Below are positions 49,157 to 58,237 of a stretch of 64,000 nt of DNA, in pieces. Numbering within the stretch: the first letter of the stretch is position 1; each line of letters starts with the position of its first letter. The notes below the pieces were generated by a model, which saw only the letters and a program-made list of their open reading frames with translations, searched no databases and was not told where the DNA came from. This DNA comes from a virus. The stretch is taken from positions 80,266 through 144,265 of the IMG/VR virus record IMGVR_UViG_3300013005_003552. One strand, 5' to 3'. A program made the position numbers and the translations under genes.

Positions 49157-49333
49157 ATGTGGACTCTAGTGATAATGCTACACGCTGTTTCGCCCAATGT
49201 GCCCCCGTCCAAAGGGTCAATAACCTTTATGACTCAAAATTTTGAAGAATGTCAAAAAGTAAGAGACACACTAACAAGATCATGGGCGTCAGACCGTTAT
49301 CGCGTTACTGCAAACTGCATTTTTATCAAATAA
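49157..49333 (+). CDS. Small hypothetical protein (58 aa, not in ORF track)
   Basis: ATG 5 nt after TAAATA; MWTLVIML, two Cys. Confidence 0.55.
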   Translation: MWTLVIMLHAVSPNVPPSKGSITFMTQNFEECQKVRDTLTRSWASDRYRVTANCIFIK

Positions 49334-49341
49334 ATCAACCC

Positions 49342-49406
49342 AGCGGTCTTTGGCATCACTCCCGCTATACAAACTCTGCTGCCTATGCTATAATCTAACA
49401 TAGGAG
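49342..49406 (+). ncRNA. Candidate preQ1-I-like riboswitch / structured leader of queD
   Basis: P1 AGCGG/CCGCT, loop with GGCA, tail ATACAAAC, TGCC partner, SD-occluding CCTATG/CATAGG. Confidence 0.4.
49366..49394 (+). promoter_or_regulatory. Extended -10 sigma70 promoter for queD
   Basis: TATACA-17bp-TATAAT with TGn extension. Confidence 0.55.
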
Positions 49407-49413
49407 AAAACAC

Positions 49414-49959
49414 ATGGCAAGAAATTTTTCAACAAAAACTTACGGTAACGATCGCGGCTATTCCTGCTGCTTCAGACAGTGGAAGGCCACTCATAGTCAT
49501 TGCAGTTTGATGCATGGCTATAGTTTAGGTTTCCGTTTTGTGTTTGAAGCCGAGCAACTAGACGAACGCAATTGGGTGCAAGACTTTGGTGGCTTAAAAG
49601 AAATCAAGGCCTGGTTGGACACACAGTTTGATCATACCACGGTGATCGCAGAAGATGATCCTCTACTGGATCGTTTCAAACAAATGGCAGGTTGGAGTCG
49701 CATGGCCGAAGTTGACGGCAAACCAGATGAAGTTCAGAAAAGTCCATACCATAATCAAGGTGTAATTGATTTGCGTATTGTGCCTGCTGTGGGATGCGAA
49801 GCATTTGCAGAATTTGTTTACAAACATGTTGCACAATGGCTAGCCGCTGACCCAACCAACAAGTATCAAAATTTGCTAGGCGACGAACATCAGCGAGTAA
49901 AATTGGTGAGTGCTGAAGTGTTTGAACATTCAGGTAACAGTGCTATCTACGAAGGATAA
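49414..49959 (+). CDS. queD: 6-carboxy-5,6,7,8-tetrahydropterin synthase
   Basis: HCSLMHGY, WVQDFGGLK, FDH, GCE.FAE, VFEH. Confidence 0.88.
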   Translation: MARNFSTKTYGNDRGYSCCFRQWKATHSHCSLMHGYSLGFRFVFEAEQLDERNWVQDFGGLKEIKAWLDTQFDHTTVIAEDDPLLDRFKQMAGWSRMAEVDGKPDEVQKSPYHNQGVIDLRIVPAVGCEAFAEFVYKHVAQWLAADPTNKYQNLLGDEHQRVKLVSAEVFEHSGNSAIYEG

Positions 49960-49961
49960 CT

Positions 49962-50414
49962 ATGACAATTCACGACGAACGCATCTTTACAAATATCGCT
50001 TATGAACGCAGTGAAGCTGGTCCAGCTGCGCCCTGGGATGATACAGTAAGACAAGACTTTCATGTAGCAGTGTTTAACGATCGTTATCCATGCACACCAG
50101 GTCATTTGTTATTTGTACCACAACAGAATAGCAAGCATGTGTTACGAGATGCGTTTGTTGATGCATTTGATCATGGAAAACAAAAAGTAGATACAGGAGA
50201 ATGGGATGGTTTCAACATCGGACTTAATTATGGCGAAGCTGCGGGACAAACTGTGCCATGGCCTCATATCCATCTTATACCCCGTAGAAAAGGCGATGTA
50301 CCGGACCCGGTGGGCGGCGTACGAAATACGATTCCGGGCAAGGGCAACTATCGAAAGACACCAGCGCCAATCCGCACCCTAACCGGCGACAGTGAAGGCG
50401 GAGACATAGATTAA
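49962..50414 (+). CDS. HIT-family nucleotide hydrolase
   Basis: YPCTPGHLLFVP, GFNIG.N.GEAAGQTV, HIHLIPR. Confidence 0.9.
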   Translation: MTIHDERIFTNIAYERSEAGPAAPWDDTVRQDFHVAVFNDRYPCTPGHLLFVPQQNSKHVLRDAFVDAFDHGKQKVDTGEWDGFNIGLNYGEAAGQTVPWPHIHLIPRRKGDVPDPVGGVRNTIPGKGNYRKTPAPIRTLTGDSEGGDID

Positions 50415-51283
50415 TGATAATTGTAACAGGTGATCGCGGATTTATAGGCAGCGAACTAAAGAAACAACTTGTGAATAATGGTCACAATGTTCATAGTCTT
50501 GACTGGGCTGATCGTGGCAAAACTTGGGATACTGGTGGCGATTCAATTGAATGGATCTTTCACATGGGCGCTATTAGTGAAACCAATGTGTTTGATTGGA
50601 ATGCCTTGGTTAGAAAAAACATAGAAGACACACAGGCATGGATTCGTTTTGCCAACGAACACGGCTGCGGCATTACCTATGCCTCAAGTGCTAGTGTGTA
50701 CGGCCCGTGGAGCAACAGCCCCGAATGGGGGCCTTTTCAGCCTCAGCACCACTACGGCGTGAGCAAGATAACCATTGACATGTGGTGCGCTGAGCAACAG
50801 TTCAAGGTGCCGGTACAAGGCATGAGATTTTTTAATGTGTACGGTCGCAACGAAGGTCACAAAAACCAACCTAGTCCTATTCGTAGATACATTGAGAGTG
50901 CTATAACCAGTCGTAAACTAACTGTCTGGCATCATGAAGGACGATTAGGATCTAGAGATTTTATCAGTGTGGATGACTGTATCAATGGTATGCTAGCCTT
51001 AAAAAACACAGGTACTAGTGGAGTGTATAATATTGGCACCGGCAAGCAGTTGACCTTTGAAGACATTGCCAGACTAATACAAAAACATGTGGGCATGGAC
51101 AATGCGCAGATCCATATCACACCCATGCCAGACGAGATGGTGCCAAAATATCAGTGGGAAAGTTGCGCTAACCTAAATAAACTATTGACAGTGATCCCAG
51201 ACTGGAATCCAGATACGGTTGAGCAATGGCTCGACAAAAACTTTGAAACTCTATACAATAAAATTCGTGAGGAAATTCTATGA
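50414..51283 (+). CDS. NAD-dependent sugar epimerase (HldD/RfaD-like)
   Basis: IIVTGDRGFIGS, FHMGAIS, YASSASVYG, YGVSK, RFFNVYG.NEGHK. Confidence 0.85.
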   Translation: MIIVTGDRGFIGSELKKQLVNNGHNVHSLDWADRGKTWDTGGDSIEWIFHMGAISETNVFDWNALVRKNIEDTQAWIRFANEHGCGITYASSASVYGPWSNSPEWGPFQPQHHYGVSKITIDMWCAEQQFKVPVQGMRFFNVYGRNEGHKNQPSPIRRYIESAITSRKLTVWHHEGRLGSRDFISVDDCINGMLALKNTGTSGVYNIGTGKQLTFEDIARLIQKHVGMDNAQIHITPMPDEMVPKYQWESCANLNKLLTVIPDWNPDTVEQWLDKNFETLYNKIREEIL

Positions 51284-52173
51284 AACTAAAAGTTAGTGAA
51301 ATCTTTTATAGCACACAAGGCGAGGGTAGATATGTTGGTGTACCCAGCGTGTTTCTGCGTACATTTGGATGTAATTTTACCTGTGGCGGATTTGGAATGC
51401 CCAGAGGTGAAGTGAGTGTAGAACGAGATTCTGTAGACTCAGACAAATACAAGTCATTTGCAGATTTGCCACTGGTACACACCGGCTGCGACAGCTATGC
51501 CAGCTGGGATCCGCGTTTCAAAGATTTTAGTCCCACCAAGGATATTGATACACTGGTGAATGAACTACTGGTTCTTACTCCAAACGGTCGTTGGCAACAG
51601 TACACCGGTAATCCTGTGCATCTTGTGATCACGGGCGGCGAGCCATTGCTGGGCTGGCAACGAGTGTATCCAGAACTACTGGAACATTCGCGCATGCTGG
51701 ATCTTGATTACATAACTTTTGAAACCAATGGTACTCAGCCGTTGAGTCCTGATTTTCAAAATTATATTGAAAAGTGGCACACCACCTGGCGTGGTACTAA
51801 CGAGTCAGATCACGATCAGTTTGTTGGTCGCTGGCGTGAAATGCAATTCAGTGTAAGCCCAAAACTCAGTGCCAGTGGCGAAAAATGGGAAGACGCTATC
51901 AGGCCAGAAGTAGTGCTGGAATATCAACAGTTTGGTTACACATATCTAAAATTTGTAGTTGCAAGCAAGGAAGACTTTGACGAAGTACAAAAAGCAGTTG
52001 GCGAATATCGTCGGGCAGGATTCATGGGGCAAGTTTATGTTATGCCTGTTGGAGGAACAACTGAGTTGTACGAGAAAAACAAATTATTTGTTGCCGAAGA
52101 AGCACTGAAACTAGGGTATATTTACAGTCCAAGACTTCATGTGGATCTTTGGGGCAACGGTTGGGGCAAATAA
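51280..52173 (+). CDS. queE: 7-carboxy-7-deazaguanine synthase (radical SAM)
   Basis: EIFYSTQGEG..FLR.FGC, TGGEPL, ETNG, SPKL, PRLH. Confidence 0.92.
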   Translation: MKLKVSEIFYSTQGEGRYVGVPSVFLRTFGCNFTCGGFGMPRGEVSVERDSVDSDKYKSFADLPLVHTGCDSYASWDPRFKDFSPTKDIDTLVNELLVLTPNGRWQQYTGNPVHLVITGGEPLLGWQRVYPELLEHSRMLDLDYITFETNGTQPLSPDFQNYIEKWHTTWRGTNESDHDQFVGRWREMQFSVSPKLSASGEKWEDAIRPEVVLEYQQFGYTYLKFVVASKEDFDEVQKAVGEYRRAGFMGQVYVMPVGGTTELYEKNKLFVAEEALKLGYIYSPRLHVDLWGNGWGK

Positions 52174-52598
52174 TGGTCACAAAAAAAACGCCTGTAAAAA
52201 CACCAGCAACTGCAAAAAAGAAACCAGCTCGAGTAAAAAAACCTGCAGGTGGTGCTGCTGCAACGGCAAAGCCAAAACTTCGTGTTAGCGCCAATGCAAA
52301 AGAGGCAGCTACCAGACGAGGCGAACCTTATGTTAGTGTTGTCAGTGTTGAACTAGATCAAGACAATGTTGGTAATGGTGCTTTTGAACTAGACTGGAAT
52401 GACATATTTGTTGCCAAGTTGATTCGTGCTGGCTACGAAGGCAAAGATGATGCCCAAATTGTTGATCGTTGGTTTCAAACCATTTGCCGTAACGTGATCA
52501 TGGAAAACTATGAGCAATGGGAAGTAAATCAACCAAAAGAAGATAGACTGACTCTGCAACGACGAGATCTAGGCAACGGCAGAACTGAAGTTAGCTAG
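52173..52598 (+). CDS. Hypothetical protein with Lys/Ala-rich N-terminus
   Basis: FELDWND; TAATG coupling. Confidence 0.75.
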   Translation: MVTKKTPVKTPATAKKKPARVKKPAGGAAATAKPKLRVSANAKEAATRRGEPYVSVVSVELDQDNVGNGAFELDWNDIFVAKLIRAGYEGKDDAQIVDRWFQTICRNVIMENYEQWEVNQPKEDRLTLQRRDLGNGRTEVS

Positions 52599-52606
52599 GC
52601 TATTTT

Positions 52607-53776
52607 ATGACCCATATATGTAGCGCAAAAATTTTTAACATTTCCAAAAAAGTAAAAGATTCCTACTTTGTTTTTCTCACAAGAGATCTCGAGTGGGTTG
52701 AGAGAAACACACCAGATCAAAAAACGCCTTTTGTGCCCACTGGCGCATGGGGAGAGCCATGGCTAGAATATGATCCTGTGTTCATGCAACGATTGGCACG
52801 GTTTATTAAATCCTATCCCAACGATTATGTTAACTCTCAAGGAACCATGTGGTATGAAATCAGCAATGCCCATGAATTTTTCTTAGAGTGGCTGCGTTCA
52901 GGCCAACTTGAAAAGGCGCATGAGCATCTCAATCTCATGCATCAAAGTCCGTTGTTGATTGGCATCAGCCAAGGCGATGTTGAAACTTACTATCTTCAAA
53001 CCTACCCAGACGCAAGTTATATAAGGTTACTGCGACACTATGATGTGTTGCTGGGAGTTATGGAATACTTAGGTATCATTGGTCCGCAAAATCACGAACA
53101 AGGAACTTCATTTGTAGCAGTATCTGCTGATACTCTGCTAGATAACTCTCCCAAGGTTATTGTTGCACCCAAATGGCAGGGTGGATTATGGGGCATTCAA
53201 ACTTCCCGTGGTCTGTTCAGTGATCGAGATCTCATGGCCTTGTATATCGCCTTAAAAGTAAAAAGCAAATATCCCATAGAATCTCGCATCGTGGAAATAG
53301 GCGGAGGAGCTGGTCAGGTGGCCTACTGGTTGTATCAGCTGGGGTATAGAAATATTTTCATGGTGGATTTGCCAGGCGTGGCTGCATGTCAAGCCTATCA
53401 GTTGGCAGCCAACATCGGCGCAGAGAATGTGAGTTTTGCATACGAAAACCTTGACACCGCTGTTAAATTCCTAACACCATCTCAACTCAAGCATCGTGTG
53501 GATAGATTCAATTTGGTAATCAATTCAGACAGCATGCCCGAAATGGACAAAGAATCCTTAAATGGCTATTTGGAATTTATTGCCAACAATTCGGATTCTT
53601 TTTTCAGCATCAATCAAGAAGCCAGATCCACATCTTTTAACATGAATCCGCAACATGTTGTACACCGTGTAATCAAAAAAGAATTTGCAGATAAATTTAC
53701 CCGAATTGATCGCAGTAAATTTTGGTTACGGGACGGGTACACTGAAGAATGGTATTTCACCAATAAAACGGGCTAG
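52607..53776 (+). CDS. Putative sugar O-methyltransferase
   Basis: IVEIGGGAG, VDLP, INSDSMPEM, FFSINQE. Confidence 0.7.
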   Translation: MTHICSAKIFNISKKVKDSYFVFLTRDLEWVERNTPDQKTPFVPTGAWGEPWLEYDPVFMQRLARFIKSYPNDYVNSQGTMWYEISNAHEFFLEWLRSGQLEKAHEHLNLMHQSPLLIGISQGDVETYYLQTYPDASYIRLLRHYDVLLGVMEYLGIIGPQNHEQGTSFVAVSADTLLDNSPKVIVAPKWQGGLWGIQTSRGLFSDRDLMALYIALKVKSKYPIESRIVEIGGGAGQVAYWLYQLGYRNIFMVDLPGVAACQAYQLAANIGAENVSFAYENLDTAVKFLTPSQLKHRVDRFNLVINSDSMPEMDKESLNGYLEFIANNSDSFFSINQEARSTSFNMNPQHVVHRVIKKEFADKFTRIDRSKFWLRDGYTEEWYFTNKTG

Positions 53777-53782
53777 CCCAGG

Positions 53783-53812
53783 TTGACATGGAGGTAAATA
53801 ATATGCTATTAT
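53783..53812 (+). promoter_or_regulatory. sigma70 promoter with nested TAAATA
   Basis: TTGACA-18bp (TAAATA inside)-TATTAT; ATG 6 nt later. Confidence 0.6.
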
Positions 53813-53818
53813 ATCTCT

Positions 53819-54814
53819 ATGAACTATTTAATCGTAGACACTGCTAATACATTCTTTCGGGCTCGTCATGCAGCCCATAGAGCCAGCACCTTGGAAGAAA
53901 AAGTGGGCTTTGCTATTCATGTGACTTTATCCAGTATCTACAAGGCCTGGCGTGATCAAAAGGCCAATCATGTGGTTATCTGTTTAGAAGGTCGCAGCTG
54001 GCGCAAAGACTATTATCAACCATACAAGAAGAATCGTGCTGTGGCTCGTGCTGCACTCACTGATGCTGAACTGGAAGAGGATCGTGCATTTTGGGATGCC
54101 TTTGACGATCTCAAAACATTCTTCTACGAAAAATCCAACTGCACAGTCTTGCGTCACGAGAACCTTGAAGCAGATGATCTTGTGGCAGGCTGGATACAAA
54201 GTCATCCTGCAGACAGTCATGTGATTGTGAGCAGTGACACAGACTACTACCAACTGTTGGCAGACAATGTCACACAGTACAATGGAGTGTCAGACGAACT
54301 TCACACATTGGAAGGCATCTTTGATTACAAAGGCCGGCGTGTGGTAGACAAAAAGACCAAAGAACCCAAAGTGATTCCTGATCCAAATTGGCTGCTGTTT
54401 GAAAAATGCATGCGTGGTGATGTGAGCGACAATGTGTTTTCGGCTTATCCAGGCGTGCGGATAAAAGGCAGCAAGAACAAAGTAGGCTTGCTGGAAGCGT
54501 TTGCCGACATGGACAAAAAAGGTTTCAATTGGAACAATCTCATGCTCCAACGCTGGGTTGACCATAATGGCGAAGAGCATCGTGTGTTAGACGACTACGA
54601 GCGTAACTGCACCTTGATTGATCTTTCTGCACAACCTGACCATGTGAAAGCGTGGATTGCAGAAACCATTGCTGCCAATGCAGTGGTCAAAAACATTCCA
54701 CAAATTGGTGTCAAGTTTATGAAATTTTGTGGCAAGCATCAATTGGTTAAAATTGGTGACCAAGCACAGCAGTATGCAGACTTTTTAAGTGCTGGCTATC
54801 CGGAGAAAACATGA
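53819..54814 (+). CDS. rnh: 5'-3' exonuclease / T4-type RNase H
   Basis: IVD.AN.FFR, SWRK..YK.NR, EADD, SSDTD, GD.SDNV. Confidence 0.9.
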   Translation: MNYLIVDTANTFFRARHAAHRASTLEEKVGFAIHVTLSSIYKAWRDQKANHVVICLEGRSWRKDYYQPYKKNRAVARAALTDAELEEDRAFWDAFDDLKTFFYEKSNCTVLRHENLEADDLVAGWIQSHPADSHVIVSSDTDYYQLLADNVTQYNGVSDELHTLEGIFDYKGRRVVDKKTKEPKVIPDPNWLLFEKCMRGDVSDNVFSAYPGVRIKGSKNKVGLLEAFADMDKKGFNWNNLMLQRWVDHNGEEHRVLDDYERNCTLIDLSAQPDHVKAWIAETIAANAVVKNIPQIGVKFMKFCGKHQLVKIGDQAQQYADFLSAGYPEKT

Positions 54815-55032
54815 ACAAAGAGTTGTTAAGAAAATTACAGTTACAAGCAGGTGGGTCTCATTATCCCGATATCAATCCACAGATACAGGCAAAGTTCGCC
54901 GAGTTGATTATAGCAGAATGTGCTCAGGCCTGTATTAATATGGGCAATGAATATGAAATAAAATCTGCTGGTCAATATCAAGCAGAACTGTTTGCTTTTG
55001 CGATTAAACAACATTTTGGAGTAGAAGAATGA
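54811..55032 (+). CDS. Hypothetical protein
   Basis: KFAELII.EC..IKQHFGVEE. Confidence 0.7.
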   Translation: MNKELLRKLQLQAGGSHYPDINPQIQAKFAELIIAECAQACINMGNEYEIKSAGQYQAELFAFAIKQHFGVEE

Positions 55033-55268
55033 CTAAAAAATTAAAAATTGTATTTGACCCTGCTGTGTTTGAACAATTTGACGGATCTCAGGAAGAGCTC
55101 AACGCCTTAGTGGATGAGATTACCAGCATGTTCGAAGGCAAAACTCCTGAAGAAATCAAGGCCATGAGTAAACCAGTGGATTGGGACGAACTAGACCAAG
55201 ATGAAGCCAAGCATTTGGGACAAGTGCTGTATAATGCACAGAATGATATCAAGCCAACACTGCAATGA
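55029..55268 (+). CDS. Hypothetical protein
   Basis: ATGA coupling. Confidence 0.7.
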   Translation: MTKKLKIVFDPAVFEQFDGSQEELNALVDEITSMFEGKTPEEIKAMSKPVDWDELDQDEAKHLGQVLYNAQNDIKPTLQ

Positions 55269-55338
55269 CCTACACTGTACACAAGAGTCTGGTACGCACT
55301 ATACAAGCAGGCGAGCCTGATTTCAAAAAGGATTACGC

Positions 55339-55875
55339 ATGACCAAGATCAGCGCCAGCCCCGACCGCCACTTCTTCCAAAAGGAAGGTTACATAAAACG
55401 CATGGAAGAAAAAGACGAATCTCCCAACGAAGATTATCTTGACTGGTTTCAAACCGTACTAGAAGAACATCGGAACAAGTTTGATGATCCAGCCAGCCAA
55501 GAAAACAATCTGGAATACGATCTCTTGACCACTGAATGGATCTTGAACAAAGTTCGTGCCAGCGATGCCTATGCTCAAAATTTGTACGCAGCCATGTGCA
55601 ACATGCAGTGGCAAAAACGCGAAGTCATGCCCATACTCAAAGATCAGTACTGGGGTTGTAGCTGGAGATATGCTGGAGGTATCATTGCCGACATGCAACA
55701 AAAAGGTGACTACATCGATTGGTACTGTTCAGGTATGGGCGACGGTCTGGGCAACGGAGATGTAGATGGAGTCAAAGGTTATGTGCCAGAAGGTACTGTG
55801 ACTGAAGAAATTGCAGACGACCTATACAAGCTAGGCTGGGTATGCAAAGAAGACAACGGAGATCAACATGGCTGA
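55339..55875 (+). CDS. Hypothetical protein
   Basis: YAQNLYAAMCN, SWRYAGGI, YIDWYCSG. Confidence 0.75.
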   Translation: MTKISASPDRHFFQKEGYIKRMEEKDESPNEDYLDWFQTVLEEHRNKFDDPASQENNLEYDLLTTEWILNKVRASDAYAQNLYAAMCNMQWQKREVMPILKDQYWGCSWRYAGGIIADMQQKGDYIDWYCSGMGDGLGNGDVDGVKGYVPEGTVTEEIADDLYKLGWVCKEDNGDQHG

Positions 55876-56047
55876 ATTCAAGATAGACAGGTTTGGTGCT
55901 AACCCAGTGATAGTACACCTTACCAGAAAACAAATTATGCAAATGCACGAGATGATGGAACATTTCAAAGATCAAGAAACATTTGCACTGAAATACGAGG
56001 ATGGCAAGTTGACTTTCAACTTTACCATTGATTTTGATAAAGATTAA
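55868..56047 (+). CDS. Small hypothetical protein (59 aa, not in ORF track)
   Basis: GGAG RBS; MAEFKID. Confidence 0.6.
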   Translation: MAEFKIDRFGANPVIVHLTRKQIMQMHEMMEHFKDQETFALKYEDGKLTFNFTIDFDKD

Positions 56048-56072
56048 TAACAAAAAAGCTAGGAAAAAACAA

Positions 56073-56540
56073 ATGACTGAACTCAAGGCAACACCTGTTG
56101 TTAAAAATAAATTTTGGATTGTGGAAAAAGATGGCGAAAAGATTGCCACTATCCAAAACACCGATGATGGTATTGTGTGGGTGGATGCCACTCATAGAGA
56201 AAAATACACAACCATTAAGATGTTACAAAATCGACACAACATAGAATTTGTAAAACCAAACAAAATTAGAACATCAACCGGCAACGAAGTCAATGGGTTC
56301 CCTACTGTTGGTAACCCACACAATGCCTTGTATGATGTGAGCAAGCGATTACCAATTTATACCAAAAACACTAAAAGCAAAAGTTATTACTGTGCTGGTT
56401 ACTATCTTGTGAAGTTGAATCATAACTGGACCAAAACTTACAATCCAAAATTAATAACTTTGCAAAGATATGATTTTCAAGGTCCGTGGCGCACTGCCGA
56501 CGAACAAGAACAAGCTGCAAGGAAATGCTATGGACTATAA
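56073..56540 (+). CDS. Hypothetical protein
   Basis: AGGA RBS; KSKSYYCAGYY. Confidence 0.75.
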   Translation: MTELKATPVVKNKFWIVEKDGEKIATIQNTDDGIVWVDATHREKYTTIKMLQNRHNIEFVKPNKIRTSTGNEVNGFPTVGNPHNALYDVSKRLPIYTKNTKSKSYYCAGYYLVKLNHNWTKTYNPKLITLQRYDFQGPWRTADEQEQAARKCYGL

Positions 56541-56748
56541 ACCTACCATGCACATTGTGAATTTTTCTGACAAAATTCGTGCATTGAATCAATTGCGTAC
56601 CACCGAACTACGACTGACCGCAGTGGAGGCAAATAATCTACATGCTGACATAACCACCATGCTGGCCGAAATAGCCAGGCTTAATCTTCACTTACAAAAT
56701 AATTCTAGTCAAACCATTGAAGTACAACTAGATGGGGGCAAGTTCTAA
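56530..56748 (+). CDS. Hypothetical protein
   Basis: Ends in LDGGKF. Confidence 0.65.
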   Translation: MDYKPTMHIVNFSDKIRALNQLRTTELRLTAVEANNLHADITTMLAEIARLNLHLQNNSSQTIEVQLDGGKF

Positions 56749-56796
56749 TATATGCCCAGATTTTAGCATAAATAAAAGTATAGGAAATATCAAAAA

Positions 56797-57084
56797 ATGA
56801 GTAGACCTAAACCAGTAGTTCTGCTTGAACATGTGAACAAGACCACATTCAAGAGCGACCAAGTGCTAAACAGCGAAGGCATTTGGGCAGTATTCTACGA
56901 CACCAAACCAATCAATCTTAAGAATCATAATATTCTTATAGCCTACCCAGGGCCAAAGTACAAAAAAGTCAGTTTCAGTAATCCCGGACATGCCATCAAT
57001 CTTGCAAAAAAACTAAACAGCCTTTTCAAGACTGATAAGTTTTCGGTGGTACTGCTCAAGCAAGGTGATCAAATCTATCCATAA
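56797..57084 (+). CDS. Hypothetical phage protein
   Basis: TAAATA; MSRPKP..KYKKVSFSNPGHA. Confidence 0.75.
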   Translation: MSRPKPVVLLEHVNKTTFKSDQVLNSEGIWAVFYDTKPINLKNHNILIAYPGPKYKKVSFSNPGHAINLAKKLNSLFKTDKFSVVLLKQGDQIYP

Positions 57085-57415
57085 ACCAGGAAGGCAAAGA
57101 CAATGGGAACAACAATTGTTTGCCAATGGCAAAATACCTTTGGACCAAATTTGGCGTAATATTCTCAACCCAAATAGTCTTCGACTTACCCCGGCAGCGC
57201 ATCGACTGCTGCTGCAAAATCAAATAAAATTTTATAAATTCCAATTGGACAGTATTACCAATCTTCAATTGCTTCAATTGGACAGATTGTTAGCAAGTCC
57301 ATATTTTGTTCGTGATAGAAAACACATTGAACTAATGGGCGAACAAGATGCCATTATGCTGGAGTTGCATGCTAGTAATCTTAAACAATATTTAGATAAC
57401 CTCGGCGATGAATAA
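57065..57415 (+). CDS. Hypothetical protein
   Basis: 116 aa. Confidence 0.65.
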   Translation: MIKSIHKPGRQRQWEQQLFANGKIPLDQIWRNILNPNSLRLTPAAHRLLLQNQIKFYKFQLDSITNLQLLQLDRLLASPYFVRDRKHIELMGEQDAIMLELHASNLKQYLDNLGDE

Positions 57416-57686
57416 ATTTGTTGAAAACAACAGAGTGGCTGTGTTGACCAATCCAGAGTTTGGATGGTACACAGTGCATCTGGATCAAACCAAATTGTTT
57501 GATCCAGATCTGGTGCAAAAAGTGTTGAATCATGATCCCACTGCTCCGCCCGGACTAACAGTGGAATGGTTGGTACCAGGTGATCATTTCGTAGTAGAAT
57601 GGTTTCAAGGACTTGAGATAATAAGAGTATTTGTACCAGACATCTTTTTACCATTTTCTCGTAACGATGTCTGGCTTGTGGCCTAG
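57408..57686 (+). CDS. Hypothetical protein
   Basis: 92 aa. Confidence 0.65.
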   Translation: MNKFVENNRVAVLTNPEFGWYTVHLDQTKLFDPDLVQKVLNHDPTAPPGLTVEWLVPGDHFVVEWFQGLEIIRVFVPDIFLPFSRNDVWLVA

Positions 57687-57687
57687 G

Positions 57688-57716
57688 TTGACAATAAACT
57701 ACTACTGTTTTATACT
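57688..57716 (+). promoter_or_regulatory. sigma70 promoter
   Basis: TTGACA-17bp-TATACT. Confidence 0.8.
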
Positions 57717-57739
57717 AGAGACAAATTCTAGGAGATGTT

Positions 57740-58237
57740 ATGAAAATTGGTTTTAGTTTTGGTCGTTGTGTTCGAGATATTGTGAACCATGTTGTCAAGA
57801 TTGAAGATGTACTGTGCATTATTGCTAGAACTCACATGCGCACAGAAGACCATGTGAAAACTGTGGTGGAGCAGTACATGTACCAACCTGGCTATCTTGA
57901 GGGCCTGGACCCTGCTGAGTGTGAGCGTGTGGGTCTAGAACTGTTTCACAGTGGTCGAATTCTTGAACCAAGAGCCAATGGTGTTCATGTGATGCAGGTA
58001 CCTCGCGAATACATTTGGATGGATTTGTTTCCCACTGTGGCCAAAGTGCAAAATGACGGCGTCAAAGCTGCCTGGGAAAGCTATCGTATGCTGATTGGGC
58101 TAACTGAGCAGTTGCCAGAACACGGCGAAGATCATGTGTATCAGCACAGTGAAAAAATGATTCCCAAAGAACTTACTCCCGAAGAAGAGAAACAGCAAAA
58201 AAACGCTCTGGATCTATTGATAAGGGCCATGGTATGA
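57740..58237 (+). CDS. Hypothetical protein
   Basis: AGGAG RBS; MKIGFSFGRCVRDI. Confidence 0.75.
   Translation: MKIGFSFGRCVRDIVNHVVKIEDVLCIIARTHMRTEDHVKTVVEQYMYQPGYLEGLDPAECERVGLELFHSGRILEPRANGVHVMQVPREYIWMDLFPTVAKVQNDGVKAAWESYRMLIGLTEQLPEHGEDHVYQHSEKMIPKELTPEEEKQQKNALDLLIRAMV

Noticed and set aside
38081-52173. Ordinary queuosine tRNA-modification pathway
   Set aside because: No queC/queF/queA in the window, the TGT lacks the Zn motif, a DpdL-like gene is present and the cluster follows replication genes. Not fully excluded without an assay.
55265-55342. 25-codon ORF bridging two genes
   Set aside because: It is too short to support as a gene, although it has ATGA overlaps on both sides.
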